Shown: piece after piece, positions 23,350 to 37,487 of the stretch | How positions within the stretch are numbered: position 1 is the first letter of the stretch | Layout: each line of letters begins with the position of its first letter | Assembly (NCBI RefSeq): GCF_001194135.2 | Contig: NC_069001.1 | Location: forward strand, 39,313,201 to 39,377,200 | Source of the DNA: Octopus bimaculoides | Lineage: Eukaryota | DNA length: 64,000 nucleotides | Direction: 5' to 3' | Position numbers and translations under genes: made by a program | The notes under the pieces: model-generated | What the model was told of the DNA's origin: nothing | Databases searched by the model: none | What the model saw: only the letters and a program-made list of their open reading frames with translations

Positions 23350-24600
23350 TGTGGTTAACTCAACTAAATCTACGACTGAGTATACCATGGTTATTACAAT
23401 CCTTATGTTATGATGAAACGTACCAAAACTTATGTCTAAGAATACCAAGACGATAGGGGAATCTGCCTCCCGAATGCTGCAGGTGATGTACAAAACTCGA
23501 TAATTCTTGTGATGCGTTTGTAATTGTAAGTTAAATGAAAGTGGAATTCATTTTAGATAGAAACGAAAGAAAATAATCGATGAAATAGAAAAAAAGTAAA
23601 AACTGTGCAGTTGATGACAATTTGTAGAAGAGTGGTCCAGGTAGTAATCTGTTTAAAGTGTCAGTCTCTTATCTGACAAATCCGGAATTTTTATCGTAAC
23701 ACTGATGGTCTTGTGTGTTGTGAACCTGTTATTAGATCAGAAGAAGTTATCGATCAGATAAAGACGGAGAGCAAGTAAAAGCAATGAACAGGAAAAAAAA
23801 GATAGAAAGGAATGATGAAGAGGAGGGGGATGAGAGTTAAGGTTAAGTGTAAATGGAGGTCAGAAGAAGTAGCCAATACCAAGAACAAATCAAATAAGAT
23901 TGAAACAGAATTATCCTTTTTAGAAGACAATTGAATTAGGTTTTACAATGAATTTAGTGTGACGCCATGCAGATTGCTTGAACACGTTGCGCTCCGCAAC
24001 GCAACAAAATGGAAGGAGAGAAAGAAAAGGGCATTGAAAGTAAAGCAAGATCTGATTATTTAGGGTTATTTAGCAAATATTATAATAGTAAGGGGCGGCA
24101 TTAGGGGAGTCGTGGCACAATAAGACAAAACGCCACAGGTTCAAATCTTAAGTGTTAGAGAGAAAACAGTTGTTCCTATTGGTCAACTGCATTGTTACTT
24201 AATTATTATTCTCTTAATATGATAGTTTGGTCAGAAGGGAAGGATAATCTATATTTCAGGGTTTCCCTCGCAGGTGAAAGGAGAGGAGATTCATGTGATT
24301 CCACCAGAAAGTTGGTCTGGATACATGCAAGAAATTGAATTTCATTAATGTTACCCGAGATTGGGGCGGCGGTGTTAAACAGGGTCTCAGATTAAATGTG
24401 GCGTTCAATAACAGAAAAAAACATTATTAGTAAATGCTTCATTGAAGAGATTAACAATTAAATCTATAATAGATACACACAATGTAAGAGAAAGAGGCAG
24501 GAGATCACTCAGTACAGTCAACGTAACAGGGATCTATGACAGGCTTGTATTACTGGATAAGGGCTATGTTAGCGGGAGGTATGGCATCCCTATATTACGA
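23350..24600 (+). mobile_element. Highly degenerate R4/Dong-like LINE reverse-transcriptase region
   Basis: Faint motifs in the expected order: K.YD.V.H.WL (about 23370), R..Q.. (about 23630), TMEFSVTPC similar to MEFG..KC (about 23945), DYLG (about 24055), KSIID...VRERGRRSLS similar to KSD.DRLY..R..GGRGL (about 24460-24510). Needs several frameshifts. Confidence 0.4.
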
Positions 24601-25490
24601 GATACAAACTATGCAAAAGGGAGTTGTGGTATTTTAGTTGAACTCCATGATTATAATTTACAACAACTATTTGTGCTAGCAAATATATTAAACACTGCAT
24701 TGTGGTTTTTCATAAATAGAATTCATTCTGTCTCTTACTGCGAAGAATATATCCTACAAGCTTATACATACAAACATAATATATGCATGCATATATTCAT
24801 ATATGCATACCTACATGTATGCATGCATGCATACATACATGTTTGTATGTTCGTATCAATATACGTATATATTATCTATATCATCCTTGGCATGTACACA
24901 CCACCATCTCAAAGAAAAGTGTCTGTGATACCGATATCAAATCTTATTTATTATTACTCGACACCAATATATTTAGTCAAGTAAAAACCACGGCTGTCGA
25001 CTCATCCAAACAAATGCACTCTTCTATTTTAGTGTTTAGATCATTGTCTTGTATTAAAATAACGTATAGCGATATTTTTGTGATATCAATATTTTGGTTG
25101 CGTATCCGTACTTTTAACTATTTAATATGCTCTGGGATTTAGCAAAAAAAAGTAATTGTCTGTTGGGGAATCATTGTAATATTGGTTAAATTCGTTTCTT
25201 TATTTTTCTGCTGCTCGTTGTTCCACAAAGTGACAGCAGACAAACATATGCCAATCGAGAGCTCAGTGATTAATATGTCTTGGTCTTTATGAGGCAGAAC
25301 GTTAAATGGTTATTTTTATGCAGTTTCAGACACCCGGGTTTATTATACATGCACTTATGTTAGAAATTATTATATATATATATACACACTGACTTGGTCA
25401 TGACTCAGAGACCAACAGTTACCAACATCTCGTCGGTTTGTGTTCTAGTATTGTAGGAGAGTAATGCCTTTACGCTTATTTACAAGATTT

Positions 25491-25615
<125 letters not shown>

Positions 25616-25744
25616 ATGATAGTCTCTGTTAGTCTGAGAAAGACGGTTTTGCAATTTCTTGCTAAACAACCTGCACAAATAGTTTTGTCTAATGTGATTA
25701 AATCTACATTGTCTCATTTTCTTCATCAAATCGACGTTGTCTGA

Positions 25745-26040
25745 ACAAGTGAAAGCTGTACCACACGTCAGGTGTCGAAATGAAGTGTTTTTGTTTTCTG
25801 TTCAAGAACACAACGCACCACAGAGTTTGGCAATTGAACCCACGATCTCGCGATCGATTGCACAATAGAGCTAACCGTTCAAGAACACCACAACATCAGC
25901 CTTTCATCCGGTTTCCATCGACTAAATTTCAACCCTAGCCCATTGACCGAAACGAAGCGAAATTAGAAAGAGCTGTGTAGTGGAATTGAACCAGAAAATC
26001 CATATTTGTGAGATGAGCTTTTCAACCACGCGTTCATACC
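25745..26040 (-). mobile_element. Two adjacent degenerate SINE heads (family B-like 25745-25880; family A-like 25895-26040)
   Basis: tgttcaagaacacaacgc..aattgaacccacgatc and gtttccatcgactaaattt..gtagtggaattgaaccagaa are reverse complements of B-box-containing heads. Confidence 0.55.
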
Positions 26041-26167
26041 TTTTTTGACCTCTTGGTATTTAAAACTTGATTTGACCTCGATTAGATTCGATCTCAAAAT
26101 GTCATATCATGAACTTCACTGGTTTTATTTAAACCAAATCTGTCTCCTATGCGTTGAACATGGTGAT

Positions 26168-26475
26168 GGCTGGGCACTCCGTCGGTTACGGCGACGAGGA
26201 ATATTCCAGTTGATCCAATTAACGAAACAACTTGTTCGTGAAATTAACATGTAAGTGGCTGAGTACTCCATAGACACGTGCACCCATAACATAGTTCTCA
26301 GGGAGATTCGGTGTGACACAGAATGTGACAAGAGCGGTCATTTGAATTACAGGTACAATTTATTTTTACCAGCTGAGTGGACTGGAGCAATGAGAAATGG
26401 AGCATCTTGCTCAAGGATACAACGTGATACCGAGAATCATACGGCCTTACGATCGCGAGCCACAAAAGCGACACC
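26168..26475 (-). mobile_element. SINE family B, near full length
   Basis: Aligns along its length with 2623-2918 (cactccgtcggttac...agttctcagggaga...ccagctgagtggactggagc...cttgctcaagga...ccttacgatcg). Confidence 0.85.
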
Positions 26476-26559
26476 TATGCACACACAGTGACATAGAAAT
26501 GGCTTCTGTGAGGGCAAGGAGTAATTTGTGCCCGTGTCTACAATATTGTGCCGCACTGG

Positions 26560-26845
26560 GATATTGCAAGCGATCGATTAAGTAAAAACAGCAGGCAAAT
26601 CTTTGTCAAGCCACATCTTGCTGATTTACCGAAAAGAAAGAACCATTAGATAATGTAATCCATGACTGATTTGTTTTGAAGATGAAAAGACTAGATGGTC
26701 ACAGCTGGACCGGCTTTGATCGTAGATCTGTTTGATCAGCGTTGGTCTGGGAGGGAATAAAAACGATTACAAGAACAACAATAGCAACAACGAAAGCAAA
26801 CAACAAAAACAACACAACAAAACCAACAGCAGCAACAACAACAGA
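26560..26845 (-). repeat. Family D repeat plus adjacent imperfect (CAA)n
   Basis: ttagataatgtaatcc...gatggtcacagctgga..tttgatc is the reverse complement of the family D modules. Confidence 0.6.
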
Positions 26846-27104
26846 TATATGTAATTATCGGTGGGTGATCGAGCACGTACTTTAACGTGTCAAAAGAACA
26901 TTTACTGTGTATTGTTTACCTCGAGAACTTCAAAGGCAGTCGTGATTGATTTTCTTTTCATCGTTCAGTGTTCGATAAAACCAGTAGCAAAAATATTAAG
27001 GACAAAGTGAATTAACTGTACCTCACCATATTTTCCATTCAGCACAACTAGGTCACCTGCTTTTACACTCTAAACTCATTATGTATATATATATACGGCT
27101 ATAA

Positions 27105-27240
27105 ACGACAGAGTTGGGCGATTAAACCTATTTCCTTTCGCAACAATACGGTTCCGCGTTCCATCTCATTCCTCAGTATCTTAGGTTCTTATTTCCTACC
27201 AAAACCTGACACTAAAATTGGAAACTGTGACGAAGCCTGC
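27105..27240 (+). mobile_element. Degenerate SINE family A head
   Basis: ttcgcaacaatacggttccgcgttccatctca...ggaaactgtgacgaagcc. Confidence 0.45.
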
Positions 27241-28419
27241 TCTCAGAAGGAATATCCTTCATATTTGGGTTAGAAGACTTAATCAGTTGCTATTTATTAC
27301 ACTATATTCTAATCTGTAAATAGTTTTAACAATGACCACTCGGTGGTCAGTAATCGGATCAAAACTTTGGCCAGAGGGCACATTCCGACCATTTTGTCAC
27401 AAATACTGAAAATCCTGAAAAAGTTGGAAGGCACTGATTCCCTCCCCTGGATCAATAAAAAAATTATCGAGACGTATATTAGGAACAAGATATTTCGTTA
27501 AAGCATATTTTTAAGAAAGCTAAGTCATCCGCATTTCTAAGAAAGACGAGATATATTTCGAATGTAGAATGCGTTGAATTTATTATTTTAGGAAAATCAC
27601 ACTGGTTTCACTTCTTGATACTTCATCGGAAATCTGGATAAACTTGCAATAAATATTTACTGAAGTGATTCCGCACATTATAGATGTTGTGCGTATTAAA
27701 TATGTTGCTATTTACATGAATAACTTGATCAAATATTGATCTTATTTACTTAAATATCTGAAATAAATTATTTTTAAAGCAAATATGTTCGGTCTATTAA
27801 CGTCAGCTTAAAAGATGAAGCATTTCTTTAAATGCGTTCTCTTTAATTGTTTTCAATATTTCGATGTTTTATCAACATATATGAAAAAATATAAGACATT
27901 CGACAACAGCTGGAGAAGAGACAGATCGAAACGTTGTGTAAATGTAAAAGAAAGTGTCATCTCTAAAGATATGTTTAATTACTCACGTTATCTTCATTTT
28001 TTATTCTTCCGAGTTGGCAAGATAAGAACCACATAATAAATAATTCAACACTACAAAGTTCTAGCGGTGTGTGTGTGTGTAAGAGGNNNNNNNNNNNNNN
28101 NNNNNNNNNNNNNNNNNNNNNNNNNNNNNNNNNNNNNNNNNNNNNNNNNNNNNNNNNNNNNNNNNNNNNNNNNNNNNNNNNNNNNNNNNNNNNNNNNNNN
28201 NNNNNNNNNNNNNNNNNNNNNNNNNNNNNNNNNNNNNNNNNNNNNNNNNNNNNNNNNNNNNNNNNNNNNNNNNNNNNNNNNNNNNNNNNNNNNNNNNNNN
28301 NNNNNNNNNNNNNNNNNNNNNNNNNNNNNNNNNNNNNNNNNNNNNNNNNNNNNNNNNNNNNNNNNNNNNNNNNNNNNNCACATGTTTTCTTTATTCAAAA
28401 TTCGGACAGAACTTATGGG

Positions 28420-28768
28420 ATGACCTGATAAAAGAAACTCGTCGCGCGCACACACGCACACACACACACACATATATGTATGTATATATGTATGTAGATG
28501 TGTGTGAATGTATGTATGTATATATGAGTGTGTGTATGCATGTATATATTTATGAGTGTGTCATTGTGTCTATGTTAGTCCCCACCATCGCTTGACAAAC
28601 GATGCTCGTGTGTTTACGTCCCCGTACTCTAGCAGTTCGGCATAACAGATCGATAGAATAAATACTAGGCTTTCAAAGAATAAGTCCTCGGTTCGATTTC
28701 CTCGGCTAAACAACATGTAAGGTGGTGCTCCAGCATGGTCACAGTCAAAGGATTGACACAAGTAAAAA
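28420..28768 (+). mobile_element. SINE family A 3' part with internal microsatellite
   Basis: Aligns with 3090-3285 (atcgcttgacaa..gtgtgtttacgtccccgt..gaataagtcct..ggtgctccagcatgg..agtcaaa..acaagtaaaa). Confidence 0.8.
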
Positions 28769-28879
28769 TTTTATGTAAAAGAATATATAGAATATATAGA
28801 ATATAATACAGACGTACATGCACAGAAACGATTGTTGAGATAAGTGATTAAAGCCTGTTTATTCCATTTCTCGATTCGC

Positions 28880-28927
<48 letters not shown>

Positions 28928-29248
28928 TCACACTCGTATGGGTGTAGGTGTGCTATGCGTGTGTGGTATATTATCTTTATTTCTCTTGAGATATCTTTTT
29001 TGACGAAACACCCTGCATATTGTAAAAAAAGAAAGCTGAACGCATCATGTACATGAATGTGTATATATGTAATCATGTATGTATATGTGTGTGTATATAT
29101 ACATGCGTACATACATGTATGTATATATTCGTTCACACATATGTATATGTGCATGCATATATATATATATATATACATGCATACACACACACACACATAT
29201 ATACACATACCTATATCTGCATATAGATAGGCATTCATATATGGACAT

Positions 29249-29294
<46 letters not shown>

Positions 29295-29368
29295 CTNNNN
29301 NNNNNNNNNNNNNNNNNNNNNNNNNNNNNNNNNNNNNNNNNNNNNNNNNNNNNNNNNNNNNNNNNNNN

Positions 29369-29418
<50 letters not shown>

Positions 29419-30054
29419 ACATATGTGTGTGTGTGTGTGAGAGAGAGAGACAGAGACAGAGGAAAGATATAAAGAGGGACAGATAGACATATACTGAGAG
29501 ACATAAACATACACTCACAAATATACACACTCACATACACACACACACACACACAAACACAACAGGAACTCGAGTCTTCGCCAAAAAACAAAAATAATGC
29601 TGAAACTAAAAAATAAAAACACAAATGAAAGGCAAAAGAAAAAGCAGAACCCCCCCTCTCCTAAGCCAACAGCGAAAGCAGATTAGTATCAACATATATT
29701 CAGGTATACAACTGATGTATGACAAAGGATAAGTATTATAAAACCTACATATATATATATATAAATATTAGAAAAAGCATTATGTTTAATTTTCTCCATC
29801 TTGGCTAAGTGAATGTATCATTATTGATTTTTAGTCGCCATTTTCATAGAACAGTCTTCTTTCAAAATGTGACCATCTGCATAATGAACGCCAACAAGAA
29901 CAATAACAACATCAACAACGGTACAACAACAAAATAACAATAATAAAAAAAGGATAATAATGAATATATCCTTTTGTCAAACGACAATGGAAGGGAAAAT
30001 TCATGAAATATAATAATGCACAACTAAGTATTCATGAAATGATGATGACTATGA

Positions 30055-30160
30055 TGATAATGATGGTGGTGGTGGTGGTGGTAGTGGTGGTGGTGATGCT
30101 TTGGCAATCATAATAATGATAATAATAAGGATAATAATAAGGATAATAATAAGGATAATA
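30055..30160. repeat. (GAT)/(GGT)n triplets and 12-nt ataataaggata x3
   Basis: Directly visible. Confidence 0.85.
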
Positions 30161-30829
30161 CGGATGCTAAACAAATATTAAAATATTAATAGAAACTTTT
30201 AGAAATGGCGGACACGTTTTCACACTCAACGAAATAACAATGAAACGTTTCATAAAAAGAAAGGATACGCTTCACTTCTCCTATAACTACTTTTATTCCT
30301 CCCCCCCCTCCGCCTCATCATCATCATCACTCTTCTTCCAACACCGGTGTCCACACCTCCAACCAGACGAGGATCTGTTAGTATTGATGGCCGTGAGTCT
30401 GAAAACGACCAATCCCCAACAGAAACGGGCAGTTTCCTTTTTAAACCTCTTTGTGAGATAAAATACATGTAAAAAAAAAAATATATTTGCTTCAGCTTTG
30501 CAATCAAAGAAAAAGAAAATAATTATAAAAGAGTCATCGTTGTTGCATAAAATAGAGGAAACGGTTGTGTATAGAGTTTACTTCTGTATCCATCTGTTTA
30601 CATTATACAAGATGCATTTGTGTGTAACAGAAGAGCATAAAAGAAATGAATGGCTTATAAAAAATGGTAACTTTTTGCAGAAGATCTTCACTTTGTATTC
30701 AACAGGGGCACTAATAGCCCTCACAATCGTAGATCCATGTCGAATGTTCCCCTCTCTTTCTCTCTTCTGGTTCTACATAACCACTTAAATCGGCAACATC
30801 AACGCCAACAATGTGACAGCAAGCTAACG

Positions 30830-31030
30830 AAAGAGCCTCTCACAGGGTCGTTCAACCTGCTAGAGAAGGCAACCAAATTCGCGTAAACCCCAGCCCCACG
30901 TTAAACAATATGATCTTGCGTTCCATGGACACTGAAAAACGACGGGATGGCCACGGTAAGTTGGACATTGATCAAAGGATTTCTTGCTGGGTGCTGGCCA
31001 GACCTAAATAAGGGCTGTGGTAAACCGTTG
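30830..31030 (-). repeat. Family D repeat
   Basis: gtcgttcaacctgctagagaaggcaaccaaatt...gacgggatggccacgg...ttgatcaaagg. Confidence 0.6.
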
Positions 31031-31594
31031 TGTGTTACTACGTGGTTGCTAGCTCTACTTGACATAGCAGTCAAATCTTCCCTCCGTTATATCCTCCTGA
31101 CTTTTAAAACACAAGGGATATGTTGTTTGAAGAGCGGGATGGTTACGGTTGGAACCCGTTGATTAGTAGTGAGATCGATCAGCTTTGAGACGAAGCTGAA
31201 CAACAACTGTGGTGATTGTGACAACACAGCTGTCGAGAGAGAGAGAGAGAGAGAAGCAATGCCGGGAGAAGGGATTTGCAGATTTTCTGAACTATTTTCA
31301 AGAGTAAATCAAAGAAGGAAGACAATGTCGTCTGTTTCGTTCCAATTTTAGTCGAGATTATGAATGTGATTAATTTTGGCTAAAAATTAGATTAGCCGAG
31401 ATATTGCAATGTTGCCGCTTCTTTATAACGTCATCGTAAATTTAGTTATTTGTACGTCTGTACCCGCACACACCGACACACATGTATGTATACTATAATG
31501 CATATACATATATAAATACACGCACACACACATATATTGTGTGGAGTGATTCACGATTTGTGTCTTGTGTCACTTCGTTAGAAACATGAACGAG

Positions 31595-31730
31595 GTACTT
31601 GCAGAAATGTTGGCGCGTCGCATTAAGTGTCTTGCTGAGATCGAATTCTACCGGTAACAACTTTAAATTTCATCATCCTGGGACCGATAAATAAGCCAAC
31701 AGTTAAGATATGAGGGCGATTAACTTTCCC
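31595..31730 (+). mobile_element. Degenerate SINE family E
   Basis: gcagaaatgttggcgcgtcg...gaattctaccgg..tttcatcatcctgggaccgataaataag, similar to 48377-48593. Confidence 0.5.
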
Positions 31731-32386
31731 TCTCTCTCTCCTCTTTTTCTCTCTCTCTCTCTTCTCTTTCTCTCTCTCTCACTTTCCACTTACCCTCTCA
31801 AGTGCCTTGCACTCTCTCTTTGTCTCTATCTTTTCCTTTCACTTATATCTCTTTCCCTGTCTTTCTCTTCCCTACCTCTTCCTCCCTTGCATCTCTTCTT
31901 TCTCTCTTTCTCTCTCCACATTACATCACCAGATGTGTCATGGCGGTATTCGTTTCATTAACTTCATCTTAATAATTATTCGACTTAATAAAATTCATGC
32001 TAAACTAGACAGTAATTAACACAACCAACACATATTTACTCCAATAACATCATTATTTTGCAAATAATTATCTGTGGAGCAGTAATCTAGATCGTCTGCT
32101 ACAGTCCGATATTTTGCCAATCTCTCATGAAACAGCTCTGACATATTTAATTGTTATCCTCTTCAGCAGAAAACACGGAACTGCATTAATCATGGCAGCA
32201 GTTGACATCAATCTGCGGTTGTATTCCTGGATCATATTTTTTAAAACTATTTCTAAAATATTTTATGTAATCGTATGAAATGGTAAAAACCAGCAACAGA
32301 CTGTTGTTACTACTGCAAAGAAACAAATGTTGGGTTTTGTAATTAAAGCCTTTTCATTCCATTTTATTGGTTTAAAAATCTTTCTG

Positions 32387-32422
<36 letters not shown>

Positions 32423-32656
32423 ATAATTTGGGATGGCCATTTTTTTATTGGCAAATGAGCACACGCACTGTATATTCATTCATCTCTCGTTTATTATTGT
32501 TCTTATTTTATGTTATGGCCATAATCTGGAAATCTATCTTTCGTCACACGCCAGTGATCTCTTCAGCGGTTCTATCTCACCAGTATTCGCCTGTTCTTGT
32601 TCGTCTATTCTATCATTCTATGACGTGTATCTTTATCTGTGCACATATTTCCATCA

Positions 32657-32689
<33 letters not shown>

Positions 32690-35129
32690 CACGTTCGTCG
32701 CATGTATACGCACTTCTAAGTGGTTTTTTTTTGTGTGTATTGGTTTGATTACTATATTGTTTGTATGCGTCGTTTTTATAGTTTTTTTTTCTTTCTTTCT
32801 TTCATCTGCTTGTTTATCTCTATTTCTTGTATTTCATCATATGTATGGGAATACATGGGTTTATGTATTATGCTGTTTGTATGTCTATCACTTTTTTCCT
32901 TCCCTTCTGCCCTTAATCGTTGTGTTGCGTAATGTGGTGGTGGTGGTGGTGTGTGTTATTGTTTCGTAAACGTAATATCAGAGTATATTTTACCTAAATT
33001 TCTTTCTCGTATCTGTTGTTTAATTACTAAAACTTCAACTTTCATTAAACTTGTGAATTATTTGTCGTCCCCAAATAGACTTTCTGACAGAGTTGTTTTC
33101 CTCAAAATTTGAAAATATATAATTTTTGATGAAATTTTGCAGAAATACTTTATCGAATGTAACAATTTCGTGTCCTCCCCATTCTGACATCGGCTCCACA
33201 TAACTTTCTTAATAATATAATTCTTTTTTTTATTCTGAAAGAAAAGAATTCCACATCACATTTTCTTTTTATTTATCAAATTTCCAGAGATATGAACTAA
33301 AGACGTGATAATGAAAGAATTAGCGAACAATAAGATACAATATTGAAAATGTTGGGTTCTTTTCTACAGTTCCAATTAATCTCTTTTGCACATTTTTTTT
33401 TTCATTTGATGAAAAAAACTACTTTTAACGAGGATTTTTTGTTATCATAGTTCTTCTTTATCAAGATATTATTTTTTTTCTTTTTGTCTAGTCACGAAAT
33501 TAAAATTAGAAAAAGTAGGATCGAAAGCTTCACACATCTGAGAAATCTGAAAATTATTCAATTTATGTACATTAAAACTAAAATTAAATATATTCTACAT
33601 TTTTGTGTATAAAATGACTTCATCAGAACTTGGCATATTTAAAGTTATTCCATGTATTTGGCGCTCGGGCAAATCTGGGTAACCCCGCTTATCTATTGAC
33701 ACGACAATGTACGCATGAGAAAGAAAGGACCAAGCAACAGTGGTTTAGTTGCACGTACCATGGTTTCCATTGCTGTTTGAAAGTATCTGACATGGAGAGC
33801 AGCTATCCCTAAGTTCATACTGCTCCCACCCTATACCCAGTGTAGTGCACAGGACGTAAGTAATAGAAAGGTTTTACCAATACAAAATTGGTCCTAATTT
33901 CACCTGACCCCGCTGGAGCAACTGTGAAATTATATTTTGATAGTAATGTAACAAGCCGCCCCACCCATGAGTCGCACCAACGCCTTTATGGTCATGAGCA
34001 TTCGAAACTATATATCTTGAAGGGAGTATGTTCACGCTAGCGTGTGTGTGTGTCTCTGTGTATATACATGTATGCGTGTGTATATGTGTGTGCGCACACG
34101 TATATACGTGCACATGTATGTCCGTGTACATATGTGGGTGTTCACGTTTCTTTATATGCGTGTATACATGTGCGTTTGTCTTCATAAGTGTATACGTACA
34201 CGTGTGTACATGTGTAAATCACTATATCTTTGTGTGTAATTTCGTTTATCCAGTGTAAACTGTTGTGTCGCTTTATGTCAGACTGTTATCCAGCGTTTCA
34301 ATAAATAATATCGCTAAAATAATAACGAAATTGTAATAATTAGTCGGACGGATATGAGCGTCTATAATGTTTGAATGTGTTGCGTCAGCGTAGCCGCAGT
34401 CTGATAATTGAAGCCAGTGACAGAAAGGTGAGCGAATTTTCATTGAAATCCTTTATATCAAAATCACAGATCAATAATTAATGATATTGACCTGCAATGA
34501 AAGAGATCTTTAGTTTTGTTTCGCTTCAAGAATAATGAAATGTTAATTGCTGTCAAAGAGAGAATTGCGTTTCTGCGACATCAAACTCGTTCAGGTTTGT
34601 TACACGTTGGACACAGATCACTTAAAAAGTTGCCCATCTCTAACTAATCCAATATATTCAGAAACTAATTTACATAAACGTGCATACCATTTAAATTGAA
34701 TATCTTGGATTAATCAATGACGTAGGGACAACGCTAATTACGTTTTTTTGTTGTTTTTTTTCTGGGGCTGTGGAAACTAGTGGGAGGAATTATCAGTGAA
34801 CCAGAGACAGACATTGATTGGTTGTATCGATTGGTCGTAACCGTGAACTCGGCCAAACGTATTCAGAGACTTAGAGTTAAACAAAGCAAGCCCCCAACGC
34901 CAGCCCCAGCCGCCGCCAACGTGATTTCCCTTCATCAAATTTTCATTCAGATTGGAATCGAGGTCGTTAGAAGATACGCGGCCGACATGTCGCATAGTCA
35001 GCTTGAATTGCAAATGATATTTTTGATGTCATTTTGTCAGGGTCTTTCGGCAGTGGATGCATTGGTCGCTCTGTGGTCGTGAGTATATATACATATCTAT
35101 GGGAGATAAATAGATGTTTACATACAAGT

Positions 35130-35280
35130 TTGAAGATACGTCACCGACTTCCTCACAGTTTCCATGAAATAAATGCCATTCGCAAATCGATGTTTATGAA
35201 GACATTCTTCTGAAAAGCGCTTTACTCTTGGACCGGAACTAAAACCGCGTCGTTTCGAAATGACATCCTTAGGCACCAAA
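35130..35280 (-). mobile_element. Degenerate SINE family A head
   Basis: cttcctcacagtttcca...gaagacatt...ggaccggaactaaaacc. Confidence 0.35.
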
Positions 35281-35929
35281 TTCTTGCAAGCAGGTCAAGC
35301 GTAAACACAGGTTACTCTGGTATTCTGTTTGCTAAATGTTCCAGTGACTGAATCTATGTTGTCGTTGGTTAAACACTGGAAGCAAACAAAAGCAACATTT
35401 GAAACGGAAGCCATCAGATACTAGCCATGGTATTTTATTCAATGCTCTGGGGATGGCGGTAGGGGCGGGGTTGGTAAGAGTACCCCCGTTCTAATTCTCC
35501 GTTTATTTTAAACATATTGTCAGCAGGATGAGGTTTATATTTATTTAAACAACATTTTTCTATTCAGTTCGTATCACCTCCATCAAACTTATTTCTCACC
35601 TTCACCCCCCCCCCCACCGACGCCATTAACCTGGTGGCTCCAATTCAGTTCAATCAACCGATACAAACAAAACAGTCATCGATTTGTTATGATTGAAAAA
35701 TTATGGAAACTAAATGGGGAACCAAATTGAAAGCTCTCAAAACATCGATAATAAATGAAAACAACAACGCTGGAGGCGGCGGTGATGGTCATGGTGGAGC
35801 GGTGCTCACAATGGGGATAATGTTAGTGGTGGGAGGAGGAAGAGAAAGGTGTTGGTCAAATGTTCAATTTAACTCCATTAAGGTCTTTCTTAATAATTTG
35901 AAATTGAAACTTAGCAGAATGGGGGGAGT

Positions 35930-36199
35930 TTCTCTTCTCTCTATATTTACCTCCCACCTCTCACTCGCTCTCTCTCATCCTCTCTCTCATCCTCTCTCTN
36001 NNNNNNNNNTCTCTCTCATCCTCTCTCTCATCCTCTCTCTCGTGGTTTTCTCCCTCCTTTTCTCGAATCCTTGCTGCTTCTTCCCCCCTCTCTCTCTGTC
36101 TCGCTCTATCTGTTTTTCTCTCTCGCACTGTTTAACTCTCTCTCTCTCTCTCTTGCTCTGCCTCGCTGTCTTTCCATCACTGTCTCTCGGTCGCAGTCA

Positions 36200-36231
<32 letters not shown>

Positions 36232-36423
36232 GTCACTCTCTCTCATTCTCTCCCTCTCTGTCACTGTCTCTCTCTGTCACTGTCTCTCTCTGTCACTGTC
36301 TTTCTCTGTCGCTGCCCCCTCTCTCTCTCTGTCACTCTCTCTCTCTCACACTATTTCCCTCACTTTCCCTCTCTGTCGCTATTACACACACACACACACA
36401 CACTCTCTCTCTCTCTCTCTCTA

Positions 36424-36460
<37 letters not shown>

Positions 36461-36520
36461 GTGTGTCTCTCTCTCTTTCTCACTTTCACTCTTTCTATCA
36501 CTCTCGCTGTCTGTCTGTTA
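35930..36520. repeat. (CT)n-rich compound low-complexity tract with 12- and 16-nt subunits
   Basis: Directly visible; source of the spurious 291-aa ORF. Confidence 0.95.
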
Positions 36521-37446
36521 CTTTCGTTCTAACACACTTTTATTGAGACAGAACGAGAGGTATTTGATACCAAATTAAGAGCAGTTTTGAAATAATGTTC
36601 AAACCATTAAAGATAAAGTGATAATTCTATTGAACCACCAACTACATAGGAAATGACGAGAGAAGGTTAAAAAAAAAAGATGTTGTGATTGGTTGGAATG
36701 TAACCAATCCTATTCCGGTAGATATGTGAATCATTTTGTTATGATTCACGTGTCAGATCCAGAGAAGTCAAATTGATCAATGGATACCGGCCTCTTTTGT
36801 ATGTATCAAAATCTACAATTGCAGTGTGTTTTTACTTATTCAAGATTCTAGGCTGCGGTTCGTGGGAAGCTTTTGGAAGCAAGTTCATTGTGCAATCGCT
36901 GTTTCAACCACGATATCTTTCAAAAGGTTATTGTATTGTTTTGCGCTGTGTGTTTGTTGTCAATATTGCCTTTTAACCCTAAGGCAGCAGCTTGACAAAA
37001 TCGTTGGCACGTCGGACAAAATGCTAATCGGTATTTCTTCCGGTTCTTTACATTCTGGAATCAAATTCCGCCAAGATCGACTTTGCCTTTCATGTTTTGA
37101 GATCGATAAATAAAGTACAAGCTGAACAATGAGGTTGAAGCAATCGTTTTCCGTCTCACTCCAAATTGGTGACCTTGTACCAAAATATGAAATCATTTTG
37201 TGTATAAAAATTCTTGCAATATTTAGAAAGGTGACAATTTCTGAATCACTGTTTCCATACAAATGACAACAGTATCTGCATGGTTTTTCATTTCTTGTAT
37301 TAGCTTTCTGTCTCCCAAAGAGGACCTGAAAGAAATAAGTTTTTTTTTTAATTGGTTTTTATTTTCATTCTCCTCAAATATCCCTCGCACATTGTATATA
37401 TGAAAACTTAATAAAACTATATGTATAAAGATTGAAGTTAAAAATG

Positions 37447-37487
<41 letters not shown>

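Noticed and set aside
33725-33782. Imperfect hairpin as a possible pre-miRNA
   Set aside because: Only about 13 bp with wobbles and a large loop; no known seed recognised.
34780-35082. 100-aa ORF (VGGIISEPETDIDW...)
   Set aside because: No homology recognised and the acceptor is weak; only the internal 38-nt exon candidate was kept.
35703-36578. 291-aa ORF, the longest X-poor ORF in the track
   Set aside because: Almost entirely (CT)n low complexity and crosses a gap.
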